Shown here piece after piece: positions 38,232 through 50,100 of a stretch of 64,000 nucleotides of DNA. The DNA is from Magallana gigas (lineage: Eukaryota). Position 1 is the first letter of the stretch. Every line of letters begins with the position of its first letter. A model generated the notes under the pieces. It was not told where the DNA came from, ran no database searches, and worked only from the letters and a program-made list of their open reading frames with translations. Location of the stretch: assembly GCF_963853765.1 (NCBI RefSeq), contig NC_088858.1, forward strand, positions 37,324,001 through 37,388,000, given 5' to 3'. Both the position numbers and the translations under genes were made by a program.

Positions 38232-39096
38232 ATATATATTTACATTTCCAATGTTGTTTTTTTTTTCTGTGATAACACTACAAAGCAATTTCGTAATGTG
38301 TTGTTCAATACATTTTATCAATGACTATTTTAAAATATAATTGTACAATTGCTGAAAATTATATAAGTAAAAAGGAATCATTCTTTGAATAGTATGAGGT
38401 GATCAAATATGGTCAAGCATGATCAAATCTCTCATATAACCCTTTGGGCTTTATTGGATTTGATCCTCCCCGACCATATTTGAACACCTTATACTACTCA
38501 AAGAATGAATCATTAATACTATTAATACTCCTTTAATAAATTCTGATGATAAAAGGGGTGTATATGTAGATACAGATTTATGTAAATGCTATCATAAGTG
38601 TCTAGATTTAAATGTTAAATGTAGAAGTTTGCCAATAGGTGAGTTAATAGTAAAGAGACATGTACAACACATAACACTTTTTAATCCAATAATTTATTAA
38701 ATAAAATATCAATAAATGATAAAAAAAAAAAAATGGAAAAATGAAATCTTGTTAAAATATTTTTGTATGGAATACACATTGCATTTTGTATTAAGCAATA
38801 AATGATGAAAAAAAAATCAAAATTCAACAAATCCACTTTCATCATCCTTTCACACTAATACAGCACAAGTCATGTGTAGATCACAGAATTGTTCTGCAAA
38901 GCAAGATCAAGATTTCTTCAACTTGCATAACTTTTTTTTCTTGCCTCAGCCAAATAAGAACTTATTACAAGAAAAAGGAAAATCCTGTAAGGATATCATT
39001 TTCTTCACTTCATATCCGATTTTTGTCACGCTGCACCATCACAGAACACATCTGGGCCAATGACAGATAAAATATTCCTCCTCATTCATTGATCAA

Positions 39097-42000
39097 TCAG
39101 ATCCTGTTTAACTTTGTCACGATGAGGACTCTAACAGTCTGATCAAACGCTGAACACACACAGAGTCCCTCTTTGTCTGGACTCCAGTCCAAGGCGTTGA
39201 TGGGCTGGGTGGACAGCGTGACATTCTGTAACAGACTGAGGGTGCCTGCCACCCCCATATCCTGTTTGTCTTCATCCTGTTTCACTCTCTGTGTGGGGTA
39301 ATTGCTGCAATGATATGCACAATTACCGGTATACTAGTATATGTACTTATATATGTACATATGCTATTTTGCAAAATGGAGTCTTTTAAGAAAAGCATTG
39401 CATATATGTATAAGCTTTCAAAGGACTGTCAAATACAGCTCTTTTTCCTTAAAATCAAAAGTAGATAATAATAATTAATTAATAATTTAATGTAAGAAAA
39501 AGATTTTTTGGAACTTCTCTACTCTTGTTACTTATTTTCTTTCAAACATGAATTTATAAAAAAAAAATGTTTGAAAAAATTTTCAATGTTCAAATAATTA
39601 CTCATTACAAGCGGGCTTAATTTATGTTACCAGTTTAGTAGTTTATCAGAGTTGTCTCCTTGTAACGCATTTCATATTACTAGAATACAGTAGAACTTAC
39701 TACTTCCACAGATACAATGAGCCATTTCCTCCCAAAGTCATGAAAACATCCCTGTTTTGGGGTAGATGTCGGGCTCCCCAAACTGTGGTTGATTTGTGTG
39801 CCTTAGGTAGAAAATAGGAAAAATCATATTTATTTAATGCATAAAAATGAATTCCAATTTAAAAATACCGGAAGTATTATTCCTATATATAGAAAAAGTA
39901 ATAAGAGAGAAAGAAAGCCAATGAAGTATTATATAAAATTCATTGGATTTACTTTATTTGAAAAAGAAACATACCTTCTCTGAGACGGATGCAAAACCTT
40001 TTGTCGGGTGTTGGGTTCTCATGTCAAAGCAATGGAATTTTGCTTCAAGCGAAGTAGCAACTAACTTGTTCATGCTAATATCTTTTCTGTCAAATTCAAG
40101 TCCACACACCTAATTTGAAACAAAAATTCTTTCTTTTAATACAAGTGTGCCTTGCATTGCTTTGTAATAAATGTAGAGCATAAAGATAAACTTTGAAATA
40201 AGAAACTCTGAAAGATAGTTAAAAACCAAATACCCCATTCTTGATGTTAGTTTCCCAACGAAGAGACATGTTTCTCAGATCAAACAATTTAATATCACCA
40301 TTGTCATAGCCAGCCGCTACACATCTGTCATGTTTGTTGTATGCATGGCCTAGAAAAGATTAAAGTTAATTTTGTGAATGATAATTTTATTGTACCAGTT
40401 CAGACATAAATATTGATCGACAGACAATAATATCTATCAGTTAATGCAATGCACATGTATAAGGATGATAGGTGAAAAATGTCCTACCAAAAGCAACAGC
40501 CCAGCAGTCTCTTTTTGTCTCCCCTTCACCAGGTTCCATTGTTGCAACGGGGTCATTCTTTTGACGAGGGTCCCAAACTTTAACAGCCCCTAAAGAATAA
40601 ATGTAAACATAATTTAAATTTCCTTAATCTGTGACCCATTTCTACTTCATATCAAGTTACTGTAAATTCCTTATGTTACGCGAGTACTTAATTCCACAAT
40701 CCCATCATTTTAGATCAAATCGTGGGAATATAAAATCGTGAACACTGAATTTTATCCTTATTCCTATAGTACTTAACTCCTATAAAAAAGGCGAGATTTT
40801 AAAATCTGCGAGGGGAGCTTCTCACGATTTAACGCGGATATTAATTCCTCACGTTTAATTAGAAATCTACTGTACAATACTTGGAGTTTCAGTTATAATA
40901 TTTTTAAAACTTAAAAGATAAATCAAAAGTAAGTTTTTACCATCTCTGCTTCCCGTGACAATTTCTGGGGCACCCTCTCCTATTCCCAGACCTCCTACTC
41001 CATCAATAGTGTTGATTATTTCTTTATGCCCATGGACAGAATACACTGGTAGTTCTGGGGTTTCAAGGTTCCTGAGAAGAGTCAAATAAAATCAAAACTG
41101 AAATTCATACCTGTTTACCCCTAAAAGTTTACTATTTTGAATCTTTTGGTTAAAGTGATATTTAAGGGAAAATAAATGATACATTTGTAAGTTATGGAAA
41201 TTGATCATAAAGAATTATTCTTTAAAAAACAGTATAAAATGCTACAGAAATATGTCTTTAGTCATTTTAAATAATACATTGCCTAAAAGGATATAAATTA
41301 ACTTTAAAGTCTACTTGCTCTTTGGATAATTGATCTCCAAACTAATTCAATTAATTTTTCAAAGTTTCAATTGCTCACAAAGATTTTACTTGCCCAGGAC
41401 TATTTAAGACTGTTTATACATCAACTGATATACCGGTAACTGTTGGCCTACTTCTACTATCTTTGGCAAATTACCTATCTCTGCTTAATATTCAGATATT
41501 GTACACATTTTATTCAAAAGAAAAAAATGGCTGCTTTATTATATACCATATCTGCATTCTGCCATCAAAATCCCCCGTAGCAAGGTATCGTTGCTGTAAA
41601 CTTGATGCACCAAATGTTCCACATTTAAGGGCCTTTGCCTTTTCAATCTGTAATTATAGAAAGTTGTGCTCTTTATATGTCTATATTATATGAATGTAAT
41701 TTCGTTCGCCCTTGATGCCATTCGCCCTAGTTTCCGTTCGCCCTTAATTCCATTCGCCCATGGTCCATTCGCCTTATTTTAATACACAGTTAATATAGTT
41801 GTATGTTTTTTGTATTCTGATCATTTTAACATTATAAATAGATACTGTAAATTCCTTATATTACGTGAGTACTTAATTCCGCGATCTCGCGGTTTCGGAT
41901 CAAACTGCGAGAATATAAAATCGCAAACACTGAATTTCCATCCTTATTTCTTACAGTTTTCAACTCTTAGAAAATAATAGCAAGATTTTAAAATCCGCTA

Positions 42001-43722
42001 AGGGTGCTTCTTGTGATTTTTGCGGATATTAATTCTTCGCGGTTAATAAGGAATCTAGAGTATATAATTATACAAAACAACAGTATTATAGCACCTTTAC
42101 ATAATAATAACAACCAAATGACTGACCTGATAACGTTACAATCATCGGACTTATTGTGAATTACAATTATATATTAAAAATGGTTTACGTTAGTTTGATA
42201 CAGTTTCATGTTCCATCTACGTATATATCTCATTTAGCAATCAACAGATTGTGTTGTGCTCAGGAAAGTGCTAATCCGCTGCTGATCGACCTACTAATTA
42301 ATGTCTCAATTTCATTAATTAATTGTTTAAAAACATCAAGCAAATTAATCAATAATAAAAACAGCAAAACAGTTATCTGTAATTTTTGGCATTAAAATCG
42401 AACAATTAGACTAACTATGTCTTTTTGCTGGAATAAATATGATAAAAACGTAAAATATGATTTATCATTTAGAAAGTTAAAAAAAGTTTACAAAATAAAG
42501 ATTGTTATCTTTAAGAGACATTACAACTGAAAACACATGTGTTAATAACTTCAGATTTACCAATTGTATCGTTAGGAAATAGGAAATAACATTCATTAAT
42601 TGTAACAGTTGAATTAGATAAAAATCCCTTTCACGTACCTAATTAATGTAATTATGAGCTTCCTAAAATTTAAGAGTCGTACAAACCTGAATGATCTCAT
42701 ATCTTTTATTTGTACCACATGGATTTTGATTGACAGAGTGATGGTTTACCAATGTTGGTTCATTTTAAAATGAACAGACATAAATATGTCAAATAACCCC
42801 TAAAGGGGCCTCACTTACAAAAAAGAATTTAGGATGTAGTCAACTCCTATGATAAGCATGCAAAATACATGCTTACAAAATCATAACTGAGGTGTTTTTT
42901 TTAACTTCAAACAATGATTACTTTGGAGAAGTATAAAAGACATAATTCTACCAACAAACATGGCCAGGAGAATCTTTGCAAGCCCTGCATGTGGTTTTTT
43001 TCAGTTAATATGCATGCGTAATAAAACAGAGGCTGAACCCCGTAACACGTGGCGAGTATATATGTATAGGTTATACCTAATTACAAATGTATAGTAATTT
43101 TATAAATGAAATAATTAGATCTATTTCACTGAGAAATTTGTAATTTTCTGAAATTTTATACATTTATGAGTAGCACAAAAATACCGAACCCGATCGGAAT
43201 ATTTTTTCAAAACTTTTTATAATAACATGCGCAGTACTGTCTCCTTAAAACGATGTGGTTTATTATCGAGGTTTAGGTAGAGTGAACAAGGTTTAGGAGA
43301 ACCAAAATTAGAGGGAATGATAATTAGAGTAAACACACTCTGGGCAAACGGACTCAGGCAAACAGGTAGATAGGGTAAACAAACCTGATAACCTTTAATA
43401 TACAATATTGCCTATTGATTTGTTATATTCATAAATGTCACACAGCAAACAATCAGTCATTCAGTCATCAAATTCCTTAGACATCAATATTTTTATTACC
43501 TTATGATGCGAATTTTATGTTAACAAGAGTGAACATTCATTATTTTACCTCTTTCACACAATTTATCTGCCCATGTGACAATTCATATATTTGTATTGCA
43601 CCGGTTCCCCTGGCATGGCTTCCCAATACTACAAACTTTGCACTACACGGTATCCATTTCGTATCAAACAAAGTATAATCCAAAGATTTCTCAATGTGGG
43701 CAATAATTTGTGGCTTATCCAT
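39097..43722 (-). CDS. WDR92: WD repeat protein 92 / dynein axonemal assembly factor 10, 355 aa, 8 exons
   Basis: Exons 43722-43549, 41647-41547, 41071-40941, 40589-40488, 40349-40234, 40109-39975, 39801-39701, 39304-39097 (1068 nt). Sequences [35 protein letters not shown]; [22 protein letters not shown]; [12 protein letters not shown]; end [17 protein letters not shown]. Confidence 0.96.
40660..40872 (+). mobile_element. MITE family M2 copy 3 (WDR92 intron 3)
   Basis: ta|ctgtaaattccttatgttacgcgagtacttaattcc...attagaaatctactg|ta. Confidence 0.8.
41845..42060 (+). mobile_element. MITE family M2 copy 4 (WDR92 intron 1)
   Basis: ta|ctgtaaattccttatattacgtgagtacttaattcc...aataaggaatctagag|ta. 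Confidence 0.8.
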
Positions 43723-44131
43723 TTCTCTTCAGGGTAATGTGGTACATCAATCAACCTAACAACGTGAATAAACAAGTATAAGGACTATTCTGGAATACAA
43801 CCGGAAGTTGAGACTTTTCCTAACTTTTTAAGAGAAAAGAGTCAGTGAATGACATTTTTTTTTACTATAAAACATAGGAGTTCAATCGACTATATTTTGA
43901 TAGAATCAATATACATATCAAATGTCTAACAGCTTAATTATAAACTTATCGTTTTTATTCCTTTATTTTTTAAATGCGGAAATCCACAGGGGATCAGATT
44001 TCGTTTCTTCTTATCATCTCGCCTCCATTTCCGGTGTTGATTTCTGAAGAAAAACAAATCCACGTTTTGTGAAATCTGAGTTAATTAAGTTTGATAACGT
44101 CTAAATCTTACTTAATAATTCTAATCTAAAT
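43723..44131. promoter_or_regulatory. Putative bidirectional promoter of WDR92 and RRP36
   Basis: 409 bp between divergent ATGs. ETS-like CCGGAAGT at 43801-43808 and an oppositely oriented TTTCCGG at 44028-44034. Confidence 0.65.
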
Positions 44132-47100
44132 ATGGACAGCGATAGCCCATCTTCTGAACACGGTTTTAGTTTGATATCATCTGACGCTAAACGTACAAGA
44201 AAAAGGAAAGTGGAAGGCAAAGACAATGTGAGAAAAACTCGGAAAAAGAAGCATAAAACTGATTCGGATGAGAAAAGAAAAAAAGTCGGCGACGATCCAG
44301 CAAAATTAGATTTTGAAGAAGCGAAAGATACTGAATCAAACTCAGAACCTGACAATGAAGAAGTGACGGATGAGTTTGTAAGTGCTATATTCAGGTCCAG
44401 TACAATATGTTGATTTACATGTACATGTAGCTATATAGCTTGAATAAGCTATATAGCTTTATTAAGCTATTTAGAATAGCTTGATAAACATTTTTATATT
44501 CATTGTTTTACAAAAATGTTTAGTATAAGAAAGAGACAAAAAATCGCAATTAACTATCTACTCATATTTGTTCCATTGACCATTAAAAAAAAAACAACCC
44601 TAATTATAGATAGTTTTAACAATAATTTGCAGCTTTTAAACACTATTAAGCAAAAAATTATACTTTCATTGTTTGGGTAACTGTCCACCACTTTCTGTGC
44701 ATTTAGGCGTGGATAAGAATGATTTGCTTTCATCGTGCTGAATTATTACCAGTCAATTATCTAGTTTACCATAACTGGCCTCCTTTATATTTCATTCAAG
44801 AAGTAACTGTGTGGTCATGAATTAATTGCCCCAAACAGGCCAAACGTTTTAGAACTATTAAGTGCAAAGTCTCTTAAGTAGACACACTTTGATAGTAATC
44901 TTTACATGCATTCTTTACAGAGCTGTTCAAAGTTGAAAACTATCACTGCATTAGAGTGCGATTTTTTATACATGCTGATATATTACGAATCTAAGAAATA
45001 TGTATGACAAAATATCTAAATCAAGCTACTATGAATAGCTATATAAAGCTATATAGCTTATTCAAGCTATATAGCTAAATCAAGAGATTGTACTGGACCT
45101 GATATTTGCCAAAGTAGGCCCAATTTTGTGTCGAGCATAATGTTTTACTAATACGTAAATGGTGTGATAATGTTAATGATTTTATTTTCCATCTAATATA
45201 TAAGCTATATGTGAAACTAGTCATATTTCTTGATTAGAACACTGTTGAAGCTTATCTGGTTTGCATAGACTGAGTCAAGGATTTTCATTATTACTGAAAC
45301 CTTGGGAAAGTTTACTTGTTTTATTCAAGTTTAGGGGTAATAACATTGACAAGCGCTAGTCATAAAATGATCACGATAACTTTGTTGAACAAAAAAAATG
45401 GCTGCTAATATGGCAGTGTCAAGAGTGCCCAGTTGTTGGGGGAAAAAATTTAGCATCTAGTGCCCCTGACTCGACTTTCATTTTTCATTTATTTTCTGAA
45501 TGTATATATTAAGTGTTACCTTTAAGCATCACTTTGCAAGGCAGGCTTTGCTCGCCTCTCACTGCTCTTAGTATAATACTATCTATGCAGACTGTGTGGC
45601 CTTTTGGTCCAAGCTCAGGTTCAGACAGCAATTACTAGTTAAGCAGAGAAAGTGCTGTTTGATATTTAACTCATAACAGCTAAAACAATACTAATTTGAA
45701 ACATGCACAATTTTATCTTCCTTTCTTTTGGGGTGTTACCAAGATTTATGGAAAATAGCATTCTGCCATTGGAGGAACTGCCCCTCCCCCCCAATTACAT
45801 AACTTCACAATTTGATTTGATGATAACTGAGAAAATATTTAATATTTTCATTATGTATGTATACTACTTTGGAATCATTAGCTCACCGAGACGAAGTCAA
45901 TGGGAGCTTATGCTATACCCTCGGCGTCGGCTTCGGATCTGGTTAAAGTTTTTGTTGCAGGTCCTGTATCTAAGTGAGTACTTGTCCTATCTTCACCAAA
46001 CTTGCATGGATGATGCATCTGGACCTACTTATGGACTTTAAAGACTTGGATGCTGAATCTGGGTCCTAAATTTCTGATGCTGGAGGAGGTTAAGGTTTTT
46101 GGAGCAGGTGAAAGTTTTTGTTGCAGGTGCCCTTTGATAGCAATATCTAAGTAACTGCTGGTTCTAACTTCACCAAACTTAAATGGATGGTGTGTCTTAT
46201 GATACTGATGCACCAGACAGGCTTGAATGCTGAATCTGAGCTATGGGTTTCGGATGCTGGAGGAGGTTAAGGTTTTTAGAGCTGGTTAAAGTTTTTGTTG
46301 CAGGTGCCCTCTGATGATGATATCTTAGCTACTACTGGTCTTAACTTCACCAAACTTGCATGGATGGTGCGTCTTATGATACTGATGCTCGAGACAGGCT
46401 TGTATGCTGAATCTGAGCCATAGGTTTCAGATGCTGGTTGAGGTTAATGTAAGGTTAAGTTTTTTTTAACAGGTCACATGTTTTATAGATAATAGTACTA
46501 TTTTAAACTTGCATAGCTGATTAAACTATAATATGAATGAATCGCAGAGGTAGTTTCAGATGCAGAGCTTGATCTCCATTATCAAGGATGCTAAAAAATA
46601 TATCTTAGTTATTACTGGTCCTAACTTCACCAAACTTGAATGGATGGTGTGTCTTATTATACTGATGCACCTTACAGGCATGGATGCTGAATCTGAGCCA
46701 TAGGTTTCGGATGCTGGAGGAGGTTAAGGTTTTAATAGCTGGTTAAAGTTTTTGAAACAGGTGCCTTCTGATGATGATATCTTAGTTATAACTGGTCCTA
46801 ACTTCACCAAACTTGCATGGTGGATGCATCTTATGATACTGATGGCTTGATACCTGACAGGCTTGAATGCTGAATCTGTGCCATAGGTTTCGGATGCTGG
46901 ACGAGGTTTAGTTTTTAGTAACAGGTCACATGTTTTATAGATAATAGCTTGCATAGTTGATTTAACTATATTATAAATGAAATGCAGATGTAGCATCAGA
47001 TGCAGAGCCTGATCTCCATTATCAAGGATGCTTAAAAAAATCTCCTACCTCACCCAAACCTGCTTGATAGATAGATGTGTTTGTTGTTAAATGATATAAG

Positions 47101-50100
47101 TAAACATGATTCCTATGATAAACTATTGTATGATATGATACACTATTGTTTAATATGATACAATATAATATCAAATGTTATAATGGAAAAAGTTATATGA
47201 TACGGTATGATATTGTATTAAAAAAATTGATATTTTATATGATATTGTATCATGATATTGTTATGTATAGTATTGTATATATTATGTTGTTATACTTTCA
47301 TGTTAAATACTGAAATCTGATTGGTTAAGACGCAGTTAATAATATTTACTATTACCCTCAGCGTTAGCAACGCACTTGGCAACGGGTAACATTAAAAAAT
47401 GTTACATGCGCGAAAATTATGCGCGTACGGTTCGCTGTAGAATTCACGTTATTCCTATATAAAAGCAGTAAAATTTTCTTATAAATTTTAAAAAAGACAT
47501 TCAGTATAACAAAATAAATAGTGCCTGTTTGGGAGGATAACAGTTGAAATTGACACCCCTCGAAAACCATTGTCAACCTCCGCTTCGCGTCGGTTGACAA
47601 TGGTTTTCTCGGGGTGTCAATTTCAACTGTTACCCTCCCAAACAGGCACTATTTATATAATACAAAACTATTGTATTATATGATATTGTATTATTTATTT
47701 ATAATATTATCACATGATACTGTTACATATGATATTGCAATATATAATATTGTTTTATATGAAACAATATTGTAAATTATATAATATTGTATTATACCAT
47801 ATTGTATACTTTGATATTGGTTTCTATAATATAGTATTGTATCGGCGAACCGTCTATGAGATTGATCAACCCAATATATTATAATAAATGACTATATCAC
47901 ATGAAATTGTATGATATGATATTTTCATATGTATAATATAATATTGTATTATATAATATTTTTTTGTATCACATGATATAGTATCATTTGATTTGATACA
48001 ATGTTGTATCAAATTATATTATATTAATATGTTTCAAATATGATACAGTGTCATACAATATAATATCATACTTTATATTATTGTATTGATAAACATTGTA
48101 TCTTATAATACCATATGAAAGGAACATATGATAATTATACAATTTTTTAACAGATAACATACGATATCCAAGATCATAAAGTATGATTTTCTTATAAAAT
48201 GATAAAGGTGGTCTCATAAAGGTAATGCCTCATAAAGGTAATGCCTCGTCTCGGTGAGCTTTGTAATCTGTGATTAACTATGTTTTTTGGTTTTATGAAA
48301 GTCCTGTATATTTCTACTTGAGTATACATTCTCATTCATTGATTTATTTATTTTTATTGCAGGCTTCAATCAAAGAAGGTATGTAGATACACATTTTTAT
48401 GTCGAAAATGAGAATATTCTTGACTTCCCCAAGATTATCTTGCATTTTTTGTGTGAACATGTAAATTTAAATCAAAGCTGCTCACTAGATTTATATTACA
48501 AAAAACAAATTTGAAATAATTGTATTGAACTAATGATGCTTTATGATCAAATTCAGAAGCACTAATTATAAATTAAAAGAATGACACATGTATTAGAAAA
48601 TCTTTCAGTTTCCTAGTTATGCCCCCCTTCGAAAAAGGGAGGGCATATTGCTTATATTGCTTTGCTGCTGTCTGTCAGTCAGTCAGTCCAACAGTTTCCG
48701 TTCATTTTCTTCGCAAACGATGAACATATTGAAATTAAATTTGGTATACAGGTTTATCATGATGATATCTAGTTCAAGTTCGATATTAGGTACGATGGAG
48801 CAATTTTCGACAGAGTTATGGCTCTTGGACATAGAAAAATTCCAGTTATTTGCAGTTTCCGCTCACTTTCTTCACAGAGGATGAACTTATTGAAATGAAA
48901 TTAGGTATACAGGTTTATCATGATAATATATAGGTCAATTTCAATACTGGGTACGATTGAGCAATTTTCGGCAGAGTTGTGGCCCTCGGACATAGAAAAA
49001 TTCCAGTTATTTGCAAGTCCACTCATTTTCTTAGCAGAGGATGAACTTATTGAAATGAAATTTGGTATACAGGTTTATCATGATAATATCTAGGTCAAGT
49101 TTAGTGTTGGATACGATCATTAGACAAGCATTTTTCGACAGAGTTATGGCTCTTGGACGTTAAAAAATTCCAGTTACGATATTTGCAGTTTCCGCTCATT
49201 TTCTTCGCAGAGTGTGCACATATTGATATGAAATTTAGTATACAGGTTTATCTAAATAACAGCTAGGTTACGTTTGATTTTGGGTTTGATAGAGCAATTT
49301 TCAACAGAGTTATGCCCCTTGGACTTAGAAAAATTCCAAATATTTGCAGTAACGTTCATTTTCATTGTGGATGTTTCCAAGGGGGGGGGGGGGGGGGGGG
49401 AGGGGGGGGGGGGGGGGGCATGGCATAAGTGTTTCACAAACATCTCTTGTTATAATAATAAAAAATTTGTGAGTAATATGATCATGCCTATACTGGTTGA
49501 TACTATTAAATTTGATAAGTTAACCATTTGCCTTTTTTATTTTTTGTAGAATTGTCAAATTTATCATTTGAAGAATTAAAGAAATTAAAGGAAAAACTGG
49601 GCCTGAAAGTGTAAGTGTATTTATTTATTTTTAGCTCACCGAGACGAAGTCAGGGGGAGCTTATGCTATACCCTCGGCGTCGGCGTCGGCGTCCGGACCC
49701 GGTTAAAGTTTTTGTTGCAGGTCCTGTATCTAAGCTATTACTTGTCCTATCTTCACCAAACTTGCATGGATGATGCATCTGGACCTACTTATGGACTTGA
49801 AAGACTTGGATGCTGAATCTGAGTCCTAAATTTCAGATGCTGGAGGAGGCTAAGGTTGTTGGAGCAGGTTAAAGATTTGTTGCAGGTGCCCTTTGATAGC
49901 AATATCTAAGTTACTGCAGGTCCGTACTTCACCAAACTTGCATGGATGGTGTGTCTTATGATACTGATGCACCAGACAGGCTTGAGTGCTGAATCTGAGC
50001 TATAGGTTTCGGATGCTGGAGGAGGTTAAGGTTTTTGGAGCAGGTTAAAGTTTTTGTTGCAGGTGCCCTTTGATAGCAATATCTTAGTTATTACTTGTCC

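Noticed and set aside
41700-41775. Cluster of five TTCGCC motifs
   Set aside because: Probably a subterminal remnant of a DNA transposon, but no partner end or TSD could be found.
44101-44355. 84-aa minus-strand ORF
   Set aside because: Antisense shadow of the Lys/Glu-rich RRP36 exon 1.
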